64,000 nt of DNA from NCBI RefSeq assembly GCF_009914755.1, contig NC_060938.1; one strand, 5' to 3'. Below are positions 14,435-26,708 of this stretch, piece by piece; positions within the stretch are counted from its first letter, which is position 1; each line of letters starts with the position of its first letter. Both the position numbers and the translations under genes were made by a program. Source of the DNA: the human T2T-CHM13v2.0 reference genome, Homo sapiens. Below the pieces are notes generated by a model, which was given only the letters and a program-made list of their open reading frames with translations, had not been told where the DNA came from and made no database searches.

Positions 14435-16000
14435 AAAACTAAAGACAAAGTGTTAAAAGCAGCCAGATAGAAACAGTCACCTATAGGTGAAACATCACCT
14501 ATAGAGGAAAACCAATGTAAATGAAAATACGTTTTTTCATCTGAAACAATGGAGGTCAGAAACAAGTTACATAATATTTTTCAGGTAGTGAAAGAAAAGA
14601 GCTGCCAACTCTGAATGCTACAGATGTTGTAACTATGCTTCTGGAGTAAAGGAAAATTATATTTTTTGAATTGTTTAAAAATTTGTTGTTAGCAAGCTTA
14701 CCATTAAATGTTTACTAAAACTGTTATTCAAACAAAATAAAGAAAAAAAAGGAATTTTGAACATCAACAAAGAAGGAAGATATATTAATATAATTAATAT
14801 ATTAATAGAAATGCATTTCAACTATACAACACAGTTCCAAATGATCTATGGATACAATATAAAGTCTTAAATTAAAATCCAAAAATATATTTAAACAAAT
14901 GAAAGAAAAATACAACATATCAAAATATAGGAAATACAGCTAAGGCTGTGGTGGGAAAGAAATTTATAGTACTAAATGCTTCATTAAAAATGAGAAAAGA
15001 TCTCAAATCAATAACATACACTTGTATCTCAAAAAACTAGAAAAAGAACAGAGTAAACTGAAAGCAGGCAGAAGAAGAAAAATAATCATGACAATAACAA
15101 AAATTCATGAAATTGAAAACAGAAAAAATGTGAAACAAAAAGCTGGTTTATTGAAAAAATCAATCAATTGATAAACATCTATCAAAACCGACAAAAATAA
15201 ATAGAGATGACACAAAACTCAACAGCAACTTTTTTAAAAAAATGCAAATGATCCAATTAGGTAATGGACAAAAGACATCAATGGACGTTTTAACAAGAAA
15301 AATATTCAGATGTCAAATAATCCATGAAACATGTTCAATATTATTAATCATCATGGACATGTCAAATAAAACCATAGTGAGATATTTCTACACACCTATC
15401 AAAATGTCTTTTAAAAATTGTGACAATAGCAAAAGTTATTCAGGATGTAAAAAATAGGATCACTCATACGTTGCTAGTGGAAAAGTAAAATAATAGAGCC
15501 ACTCTGAAAAATAGTTGACAGTTTTTTAAAAATACAGACATGTTATTCATTCTTTCCACATTTTTTTTTCTGCTGATTAACCTTCTCTACCTCCTCTCCA
15601 ATGCCCCAGTATCCTTACTAGCTTCTGTGGGCACTCAATGTACCCACAAAATTTTAAGAAAATAATTAAAAATTTTTCAAAGTAAAATAAAAACCAGATG
15701 TGCATAGACCATAGATCCCAGCAATTGCAGTTGTGGGTGTTTAATTTGGAGTAATGAAACTTGTGTTCCCACAAAAACTTGTTCATGAATGTCTACAACA
15801 GCTTAATTTGTTACAGTTGAAAAGGTCAATAAGCCCAGGTGAATGTTTAATTTGTGGTGAATTTATACAAGAAACCATGAAATACTATTCAGTCATCAAA
15901 GGAACAAAATATTAATTAACGGAATCATTTGGATGTATTTTTAGGAAATTTTGTCGAGTGAATAAAAGTCAATTATATACATTATGTACAACAGTACAAG
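14435..16000 (+). mobile_element. Old L1M ORF1 end, ORF2 fragments and 3' region (host L1, part 3)
   Basis: Resumes ORF1 at 'aaagcagccaga'; ORF2-like 'aaatttatagtactaaatgc', 'aaaagctggtttattgaaaa'; 3' region 'gaaatactattcagtcatcaaaggaac'; cut off by the satellite. Confidence 0.8.
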
Positions 16001-17752
16001 TAGGCCCTGAGACCTATGGGATCATTCTGTGCTGCAGCGAGGCCCTGCCTGCCTCACCAGATGTGGTGAGCCCATCCTATCTCACTCAGAGGGGTCCAAA
16101 ATCGGATCTGAACGGGAGTCCGGTGAACACAGCAGGCATCCTGAAGTTCCCCTCCCTCGGAGGAAGTCGGCTCAAGGAGGTCCTGAGGACAAGACTCCTG
16201 GGGATTTGGCCCTGGGACAGGACAAGACACCCGCGGGCCCCTCTCCCACTCCGCCCCAAACTGGACCCCGGATACAGCCGCCGCCGCAGCAGCAGGAGGA
16301 ACCTCGCTGACACCGCGCGGCGGTGGCGGTATTTAAAGGGGACACAGCCTGACTGCCCGGAGCAGAGCACGAGTCGGCTCAGCCAATACGCATGCGGGAG
16401 GCGCGAACGGCTACCCCTGTCACAGTGGTTCCCACGGTTGTCTTAGAAACCAGTCCCCGAGGCTTGGCAAAGCAGCAGCCCTCCCTGGCAGTGCTTGGGT
16501 GACGGGGCTCTGAGGCTCTGCCCTGAACTATCCACGGGGTTGGCGGGAACCTCTCCGGATGCCAGGAGTCCCAAAGTGCCCAGCACGATGAGGAAACCTC
16601 AGGCGGGGATTGGGGAAGCAGCACGGGATCCCAGCCTCAAGCCTGCCCGGACGCTGTTGGTTGGGGTGATTCCCCCCAAAAGTCGTGCCGCAATCCGTGA
16701 TCTCGAGCACAGGTCAGCCTGCGTGCCCCTGGGCTGCTCTCTCACCCGAGAGTGGTTCTCCTCCAGAGCAGAACCCCACAGCCTCAGGGGTTGCCTGAGG
16801 GTGTGTGTTTCAATGCCTCTGCTCTATGACTCTGTGTGTGTGTGTGTGTGTGTGTGTGAGTGTGTCTGTGTCTCTGTCTCCCATTCTCTCTTCTCTCTCT
16901 GTCTCTCAGTCTCTGTGTGTTTCTTTCCCACTCTTTGTGGGTTTGTGCCAGCCGAAGTTGCGTCAGGGCTACCAGGTCGGTGGAGGAATGGGGGTGTTGC
17001 GAATTTTGCAGAAACCTCTTTACTCCTCTCGTAGGCAGTAGAAAACGTGGCTTGGGTCGGGCACAGGCGGCCCCCCCACCACCGGGGTCCCAGGTGTTGT
17101 TTGATTTTCCTTGGCATTGACGGAAAGGTCACCCGTTTCCCCCTTCCACCGGCACATGCCTGGACCCCACCCTTCGTTTCGCCGTCGCCCCGTATGCCTC
17201 CGATGACACACATTAACACCAACTGTTGTGGCATTGGCCAGTGCCACGCGTGGTCACATGGTCTCCCCCTGGGATTCCCCTCTCTTCCTCTTTGCAGGGG
17301 TCCTGTAAAGCGCGGTCGGCTTTCCGGAACCCCCTGGGCTTTCACAAGCGGGGCAGGCCATTACTCATTCAAAGGAGGAGGGAGGCAGAGGGCTGATGGA
17401 TCAGTGAATTTGCAGCTGACACTAGGCCTTGAGACCTACGGGATCATTCTGTGCTGCAGCAAGGCCCTGCCGGCCTGACCAGATGTGGTGAGCCCATCCT
17501 AAGTCACTCGGAGGGGGCCAGAATGGGATCGCAACAGGAGCCCGGGGAACACAGCAGGCGTCCTGAAGCTCCCCCTCCCTTTGTGGAAGTCGGCTCAAGC
17601 AGGTCCTGAGGACAGGAGCTCTGGGGGTTTGGGACTGGGACAGGAGGAGACACCTGCGGCCCCCTCTCCCACGCCGCTCCAAAGAAGACCCAGGATCCAG
17701 CCGCCGACTCGGCGGCAGCAGGAGCATCGCGGCCGCCGGGCGATGGTGGCAA

Positions 17753-17820
17753 TATTTAAAGGGGACGCAGCCTATCTGTCAGGAGTGGAGCCTGAGTCGG
17801 CTCAGCCAATGCGCATGCGC
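17753..17820 (-). promoter_or_regulatory. Repeat-unit promoter-like module (TATA-like, CCAAT, NRF1); example from unit 2, repeated in nearly all units
   Basis: TATTTAAA 17753-17760; CCAAT 17806-17810; GCGCATGCGC 17811-17820; same module at 20556-20623 in unit 4. Motifs are seen; activity is inferred. Confidence 0.5.
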
Positions 17821-18824
17821 GAAGACCGAGCGGTTTCTCTGGTCACAGTGGTTCCCACGGTTGTCTTAGAAACCAGTCCCCGAGGCTTGGAAGAGCAGGA
17901 GCCCTCCGTGGCAGTGTTTGGGTATCGAGGCTCTGAGGCTCCGGTCTCACCTCTCCATGGGCTGGAAGGGAAACTCTCCTGATGCCAGCAGTCGCAAAGG
18001 GCCGACTATGAAGATGAAACCACAGACGGAGACGGGGAAAGCAGCACGGGATCCCAGCCTCAGGCCTGCACGGACGGTGTTGGTTGGGGTGAGTCTCGCC
18101 AAAAGTCGTGCCGCCGTCCGTGATCTCGAGGACGGGTCGGGCTGCGTGCCCCTGGGCTGCTCTCTCAACCGAGGGTCGTTCACCTCCAGAGCAGAACCCC
18201 GGAGCCTCAGGGGTTGCCTGGGGGTGTGTGTTTCAATGCCTCTGCTGTATGACTCTGCGTGTGTGTGTGTGTGTGTGTGTGTCTCCCATTCTCTCTTCTC
18301 TCTCTGTCTCTCAGTCTCTGTGTGTTTCCTTCCCACTCTCTGTGGGTTTGTGCCAGCGAAGTTGCGTCAGGGCCACGAGGCCGGTGGAGGATTGGGGGTG
18401 TTGCGAAATTGGCAGAAACCTCTTTGTTCCTCTGGTAGGCATTTGAAAACGTGGCTTGGGTCAGGCACAGTCGGCCCCCCCACCCCCCGGTTCCCAGGTG
18501 TTGTTTGATTTTCCTTGGCATTGACGGAAATCTCACCCGTTTCCCCCTTCCACCGGCACATGCCTGGATCCCACCCTTCGTTTCGCCGTCGCCCCGTATG
18601 CCTCCGGTGACACACATTAACACCAACTGCTGTGGGATTGGCCAGTGCCACGCGTGGTCACATGGTCTCCCCCTGGGTTTCCCCTCTGTTCATCTTTGCA
18701 GTTGTCCTGTAAAGCGCAGTCGGCTTTCCGGAACACCTGGGCTTTTACAAGCGGGGCAGGCCACTGCTCTTTCAAAGGCGGAGGGAGGCAGAGGGCTGAT
18801 GGATCAGTGAATTTGCTCTGAAAC

Positions 18825-21057
18825 TAGGCCTTGAGACCTATGAGGTCATTCTGTGCTACAGCGAAGCCCTGCCGGCCTGACCAGATGTGGTGAGCCCATC
18901 CTATGTCACTTGGAGGGGGCGAGAATGGGATCTCAACGGGAGTACGGACAACACAGCAGGCGTCCTGAAGCTCCGCCGCCCTCGGTGGAAGTCGGCTCAA
19001 GCAGGTCCTGAGGACAGGAGCCCTGGGGGTTTGGGCCTGGGACACGACGAGACACCCGCGGCCCCCTCTCCCACGCCGCCCCAAACAGGACCCAGGACAC
19101 AGGCGCCGCCGGGGCGGCAGCAGGAGCATCGCGGCCGCCGCGCGGCGGTGACGATATTTAAAGGGAACGCAGCCTATCTGTCAGGAGTGGAGCGTGAGTT
19201 GGCTCAGCCAATGCGCATGCGTGAGGCGCCAGCGGATTCTCCCGTCACAGTGGTTCCCACGGTTGTCTTAGAAACCAGTCCCTGAGGCTTGGCAGAGCAG
19301 GAGCCCTCCGTGGCAGTGCTTGGGTATCGAGGCTCTGAGGCTCCGGCCTCACCTCCCCACAGGGTCGAAGGCAACGTCTCCGGATGCCAGCACTCGCAAA
19401 GGGCCGACCATGATGATGAAACCCCAGGCGGAGACCTGGAAGCAGCACGGGATCCCAGCCTCAGGCCTGCACGGACGGTGTTGGTTGGGGTGAGTCTCGC
19501 CAAAAGCCTTGCCGCCGTCCGTGATCTCGAGGACGTGTCGGGCTGCGTGCCCCTGGGCTGCTCTCTCACCCGAGGGTCGTTCTCCTCCAGAGCAGAACCC
19601 CGGAGCCTCAGGGGGTGCCTGTGGGTGTGTGTTTCAATGCCTCTGCTGTATGACTCTGCGTGTGTGTGTGTGTGTGTGTGTGTCTCCCATTCTCTCTTCT
19701 CTCTCTGTCTCTCAGTCTCTGTGTGTTTCTTTCCCACTCTCTGTGGGTTTGTGCCAGCGAAGTTGCGCCAGGGCTACGAGGCCGGTGGAGGATTGAGGGT
19801 GTTGCGAAATTGGCAGAAACCTCTTTGTTCCTCTGGTAGGCATTTGAAAACGTGGCTTGGGTCAGGCGCAGACGTCCCCCACACCCTCCAGGTCCCAGGT
19901 GTTGTTTGATTTTCCTTGGCATTGACGGAAAGGTCACCCGTTTCCCCCTTCCACCAGCACATGCATGGACCCCACCCTTCGTTTCACCGTCGCCCCGTTT
20001 ACCTCAGGTGTCACACGTTAACACCAACTGCTGTGGGATTGGCCAGTGCCACGCGTGGTCACATGGTCTCCCCCTGGATTTCGCCTCTCTTCCTCTTTGC
20101 AGTTGTCCTGTAAAGCACGGTCGCCTTTCCGGAACCCCTCGGCTTTTACAAGCGGGGCAGGCCACTGCTCTTTCAAAGGAGGAGGGAGGCAGAGGGCTGA
20201 TGGATGAGTGAATTTGCTCTGACACTAGGCCTTGAGACCTATGGGATCATTTTGTGCTGCAGCGAGGCCCTGCCGGCCTGACCAGATGTGGTGAGCCCAT
20301 CCTATGTCACTCGGAGTGGGCCAGAATGGGATCTCAACGGGAGTCCGGAGAACACAGCAGGCGTCCTGAAGCTCCACCTCCCTCGGTGGAAGTCGGCTCA
20401 AGCAGGTCCTGAGGACAGGAGCCCTGGGGGTTTGGGCCTGGGACAGGACCAGACACCCGTGGCCCCCTCTCCCACGCCGCCCGAAACAGGACCCAGGACA
20501 CAGGCGCCGCCGGGGCGGCAGCAGGAGCATCGCGGCCGCTGCGCAGCGGTGGCGATATTTAAAGGGGACGCAGCCTATCTGTCAGGAGTGGAGCCTGAGT
20601 CGGCTCAGCCAATGCGCATGCGCTAGGCGCGAGCGGATTCTCCCGTCACAGTGGTTCCCACGGTTGTCTTAGAAACCAGTCCCTGAGGCTTGGCAGAGCA
20701 GGAGCCCTCCGTGGCAGTGCTTGGGTATCGAGGCTCTGAGGCTCCGGCCTCACCTCCCCACAGGGTCGAAGGCAACGTCTCCGGATGCCAGCACTCGCAA
20801 AGGGCCGACCATGATGATGAAACCCCAGGCGGAGACCTGGAAGCAACACGGGATCCCAGCCTCAGGCCTGCACGGACGGTGTTGGTTGGGGTGAGTCTCG
20901 CCAAAAGCCTTGCCGCCATCCGTGATCTCGAGGACGTGTCGGGCTGCGTGCCCCTGGGCTGCTCTCTCACCCGAGGGTCGTTCTCCTCCAGAGCAGAACC
21001 CCGGAGCCTCAGGGGGTGCCTGGGGGTGTGTGTTTCAATGCCTCTGCTGTATGACTC

Positions 21058-21088
<31 letters not shown>

Positions 21089-23867
21089 CTCCCATTCTCT
21101 CTTCTCTCTCTGTCTCTCAGTCTCTGTGTGTTTCTTTCCCACTCTCTGTGGGTTTGTGCCAGCGAAGTTGCGTCAGGGCTACGAGGCCGGTGGAGGATTG
21201 GGGGTGTTGCGAAATTGGCAGAAACCTCTTTGTTTCTCTGGTAGGCATTTGAAAACGTGGCTTGTGTCAGGCACAGACCTCCCCCCCACCCTCCGGGTCC
21301 CAGGTGTTGTTTGATTTTCCTTGGCATTCACGGAAAGGTCACCTGTTTCCCCTTCCACGTGTTCATTCCTGGACCGCACCCTTTGTTTCGCCGTCGCCCC
21401 GTATGCCTCCGGTGACACACATTATCACCAACTGCTGTGGGATTGGCCAGTGCCACGCGTGGTCACATGGACTTCCCCTGGGTTTCTCCTCTCTTCCTCT
21501 TTGCAGGTAGGTGTCCTGTTAAGCGCGGTCGGCTTTCCGGAACCCCCTGGGCTTTTACAAGCGCGGCAGGCCACTGCTCTTTCAAAGGAGGAGGGAGGCA
21601 GAGGGCTGATGGATGAGTGAATTTGCTCTGACACAAGGCCTTGAGACCTATGGGATCATTTTGTGCTGCAGCGAGGCCCTGCCGGCCTGAGCAGATGTGG
21701 TGAGCCCATCCTATGTCACTCGGAGTGGGCCAGAATGGGATCTCAACGGGAGTCCGGAGAACACAGCAGGCGTCCTGAAGCTCCACCTCCCTCGGTGGAA
21801 GTCGGCTCAAGCAGGTCCTGAGGACAGGAGCCCTGGGGGTTTGGGCCTGGGACAGGACCAGACACCCGTGGCCCCCTCTCCCACGCCGCCCGAAACAGGA
21901 CCCAGGACACAGGCGCCGCCGGGGCGGCAGCAGGAGCATCGCGGCCGCTGCGCAGCGGTGGCGATATTTAAAGGGGACGCAGCCTATCTGTCAGGAGTGG
22001 AGCGTGAGTCGGCTCAGCCAATGCGCATGCGCTGGGCGCGAGCGGATTCTCCCGTCACAGTGGTTCCCACGGTTGTCTTAGAAACCAGTCCCTGAGGCTT
22101 GGCAGAGCAGGAGCCCTCCGTGGCAGTGCTTGGGTATCGAGGCTCTGAGGCTCCGGCCTCACCTCCCCACAGGGTCGAAGGCAACGTCTCCGGATGCCAG
22201 CACTCGCAAAGGGCCGACCATGATGATGAAACCCCAGGCGGAGACCTGGAAGCAGCACGGGAGCCCAGCCTCAGGCCTGCACGGACGGTGTTGGTTGGGG
22301 TGAGTCTCGCCAAAAGCCTTGCCGCCGTCCGTGATCTCGAGGACGTGTCGGGCTGCGTGCCCCTGGGCTGCTCTCTCACCCGAGGGTCGTTCTCCTCCAG
22401 AGCAGAACCCCGGAGCCTCAGGGGGTGCCTGGGGGTGTGTGTTTCAATGCCTCTGCTGTATGACTCTGCGTGTGTGTGTGTGTGTGTGTGTGTCTCCCAT
22501 TCTCTCTTCTCTCTCTGTCTCTCAGTCTCTGTGTGTTTCTTTCCCACTCTCTGTGGGTTTGTGCCAGCGAAGTTGCGTCAGGGCTACGAGGCCGGTGGAG
22601 GATTGAGGGTGTTGCGAAATTGGCAGAAACCTCTTTGTTCCTCTGGTAGGCATTTGAAAACGTGGCTTGGGTCAGGCGCAGACGTCCCCCACACCCTCCA
22701 GGTCCCAGGTGTTGTTTGATTTTCCTTGGCATTGACGGAAAGGTCACCCGTTTCCCCCTTCCACCGGCACATGCATGGACCCCACCCTTCGTTTCACCGT
22801 CGCCCCGTTTACCTCAGGTGTCACACGTTAACACCAACTGCTGTGGGATTGGCCAGTGCCACGCGTGGTCACATGGTCTCCCCCTGGATTTCGCCTCTCT
22901 TCCTCTTTGCAGTTGTCCTGTAAAGCACGGTCGGCTTTCCGGAACCCCTCGGCTTTTACAAGCGGGGCAGGCCACTGCTCTTTCAAAGGAGGAGGGAGGC
23001 AGAGGGCTGATGGATGAGTGAATTTGCTCTGACACTAGGCCTTGAGACCTATGGGATCATTTTGTGCTGCAGCGAGGCCCTGCCGGCCTGACCAGATGTG
23101 GTGAGCCCATCCTATGTCACTCGGAGTGGGCCAGAATGGGATCTCAACGGGAGTCCGGAGAACACAGCAGGCGTCCTGAAGCTCCACCTCCCTCGGTGGA
23201 AGTCGGCTCAAGCAGGTCCTGAGGACAGGAGCCCTGGGGGTTTGGGCCTGGGACAGGACCAGACACCCGTGGCCCCCTCTCCCACGCCGCCCGAAACAGG
23301 ACCCAGGACACAGGCGCCGCCGGGGCGGCAGCAGGAGCATCGCGGCCGCTGCGCAGCGGTGGCGATATTTAAAGGGGACGCAGCCTATCTGTCAGGAGTG
23401 GAGCCTGAGTCGGCTCAGCCAATGCGCATGCGCTAGGCGCGAGCGGATTCTCCCGTCACAGTGGTTCCCACGGTTGTCTTAGAAACCAGTCCCTGAGGCT
23501 TGGCAGAGCAGGAGCCCTCCGTGGCAGTGCTTGGGTATCGAGGCTCTGAGGCTCCGGCCTCACCTCCCCACAGGGTCGAAGGCAACGTCTCCGGATGCCA
23601 GCACTCGCAAAGGGCCGACCATGATGATGAAACCCCAGGCGGAGACCTGGAAGCAACACGGGATCCCAGCCTCAGGCCTGCACGGACGGTGTTGGTTGGG
23701 GTGAGTCTCGCCAAAAGCCTTGCCGCCGTCCGTGATCTAGAGGACGTGTCGGGCTGCGTGCCCCTGGGCTGCTCTCTCACCCGAGGGTCGTTCTCCTCCA
23801 GAGCAGAACCCCGGAGCCTCAGGGGGTGCCTGGGGGTGTGTGTTTCAATGCCTCTGCTGTATGACTC

Positions 23868-23898
<31 letters not shown>

Positions 23899-26677
23899 CT
23901 CCCATTCTCTCTTCTCTCTCTGTCTCTCAGTCTCTGTGTGTTTCTTTCCCACTCTCTGTGGGTTTGTGCCAGCGAAGTTGCGTCAGGGCTACGAGGCCGG
24001 TGGAGGATTGGGGGTGTTGCGAAATTGGCAGAAACCTCTTTGTTTCTCTGGTAGGCATTTGAAAACGTGGCTTGTGTCAGGCACAGACCTCCCCCCCACC
24101 CTCCGGGTCCCAGGTGTTGTTTGATTTTCCTTGGCATTCACGGAAAGGTCACCTGTTTCCCCTTCCACGTGTTCATTCCTGGACCGCACCCTTTGTTTCG
24201 CCGTCGCCCCGTATGCCTCCGGTGACACACATTATCACCAACTGCTGTGGGATTGGCCAGTGCCACGCGTGGTCACATGGACTTCCCCTGGGTTTCTCCT
24301 CTCTTCCTCTTTGCAGGTAGGTGTCCTGTTAAGCGCGGTCGGCTTTCCGGAACCCCCTGGGCTTTTACAAGCGCGGCAGGCCACTGCTCTTTCAAAGGAG
24401 GAGGGAGGCAGAGGGCTGATGGATGAGTGAATTTGCTCTGACACAAGGCCTTGAGACCTATGGGATCATTTTGTGCTGCAGCGAGGCCCTGCCGGCCTGA
24501 GCAGATGTGGTGAGCCCATCCTATGTCACTCGGAGTGGGCCAGAATGGGATCTCAACGGGAGTCCGGAGAACACAGCAGGCGTCCTGAAGCTCCACCTCC
24601 CTCGGTGGAAGTCGGCTCAAGCAGGTCCTGAGGACAGGAGCCCTGGGGGTTTGGGCCTGGGACAGGACCAGACACCCGTGGCCCCCTCTCCCACGCCGCC
24701 CGAAACAGGACCCAGGACACAGGCGCCGCCGGGGCGGCAGCAGGAGCATCGCGGCCGACGCGCAGCGGTGGCGATATTTAAAGGGGACGCAGCCTATCTG
24801 TCAGGAGTGGAGCGTGAGTCGGCTCAGCCAATGCGCATGCGCTGGGCACGAGCGGATTCTCCCGTCACAGTGGTTCCCACGGTTGTCTTAGAAACCAGTC
24901 CCTGAGGCTTGGCAGAGCAGGAGCCCTCCGTGGCAGTGCTTGGGTGTCGAGGCTCTGAGGCTCCGGCCTCACCTCCCCACAGGGTCGAAGGCAACGTCTC
25001 CGGATGCCAGCACTCGCAAAGGGCCGACCATGATGATGAAACCCCAGGCGGAGACCTGGAAGCAGCACGGGAGCCCAGCCTCAGGCCTGCACGGACGGTG
25101 TTGGTTGGGGTGAGTCTCGCCAAAAGCCTTGCCGCCGTCCGTGATCTCGAGGACGTGTCGGGCTGCGTGCCCCTGGGCTGCTCTCTCACCCGAGGGTCGT
25201 TCTCCTCCAGAGCAGAACCCCGGAGCCTCAGGGGGTGCCTGGGGGTGTGTGTTTCAATGCCTCTGCTGTATGACTCTGCGTGTGTGTGTGTGTGTGTGTG
25301 TGTCTCCCATTCTCTCTTCTCTCTCTGTCTCTCAGTCTCTGTGTGTTTCTTTCCCACTCTCTGTGGGTTTGTGCCAGCGAAGTTGCGTCAGGGCTACGAG
25401 GCCGGTGGAGGATTGAGGGTGTTGCGAAATTGGCAGAAACCTCTTTGTTCCTCTGGTAGGCATTTGAAAACGTGGCTTGGGTCAGGCGCAGACGTCCCCC
25501 ACACCCTCCAGGTCCCAGGTGTTGTTTGATTTTCCTTGGCATTGACGGAAAGGTCACCCGTTTCCCCCTTCCACCGGCACATGCATGGACCCCACCCTTC
25601 GTTTCACCGTCGCCCCGTTTACCTCAGGTGTCACACGTTAACACCAACTGCTGTGGGATTGGCCAGTGCCACGCGTGGTCACATGGTCTCCCCCTGGATT
25701 TCGCCTCTCTTCCTCTTTGCAGTTGTCCTGTAAAGCACGGTCGGCTTTCCGGAACCCCTCGGCTTTTACAAGCGGGGCAGGCCACTGCTCTTTCAAAGGA
25801 GGAGGGAGGCAGAGGGCTGATGGATGAGTGAATTTGCTCTGACACTAGGCCTTGAGACCTATGGGATCATTTTGTGCTGCAGCGAGGCCCTGCCGGCCTG
25901 ACCAGATGTGGTGAGCCCATCCTATGTCACTCGGAGTGGGCCAGAATGGGATCTCAACGGGAGTCCGGAGAACACAGCAGGCGTCCTGAAGCTCCACCTC
26001 CCTCGGTGGAAGTCGGCTCAAGCAGGTCCTGAGGACAGGAGCCCTGGGGGTTTGGGCCTGGGACAGGACCAGACACCCGTGGCCCCCTCTCCCACGCCGC
26101 CCGAAACAGGACCCAGGACACAGGCGCCGCCGGGGCGGCAGCAGGAGCATCGCGGCCGCTGCGCAGCGGTGGCGATATTTAAAGGGGACGCAGCCTATCT
26201 GTCAGGAGTGGAGCCTGAGTCGGCTCAGCCAATGCGCATGCGCTAGGCGCGAGCGGATTCTCCCGTCACAGTGGTTCCCACGGTTGTCTTAGAAACCAGT
26301 CCCTGAGGCTTGGCAGAGCAGGAGCCCTCCGTGGCAGTGCTTGGGTATCGAGGCTCTGAGGCTCCGGCCTCACCTCCCCACAGGGTCGAAGGCAACGTCT
26401 CCGGATGCCAGCACTCGCAAAGGGCCGACCATGATGATGAAACCCCAGGCGGAGACCTGGAAGCAACACGGGATCCCAGCCTCAGGCCTGCACGGACGGT
26501 GTTGGTTGGGGTGAGTCTCGCCAAAAGCCTTGCCGCCGTCCGTGATCTCGAGGACGTGTCGGGCTGCGTGCCCCTGGGCTGCTCTCTCACCCGAGGGTCG
26601 TTCTCCTCCAGAGCAGAACCCCGGAGCCTCAGGGGGTGCCTGGGGGTGTGTGTTTCAATGCCTCTGCTGTATGACTC

Positions 26678-26708
<31 letters not shown>

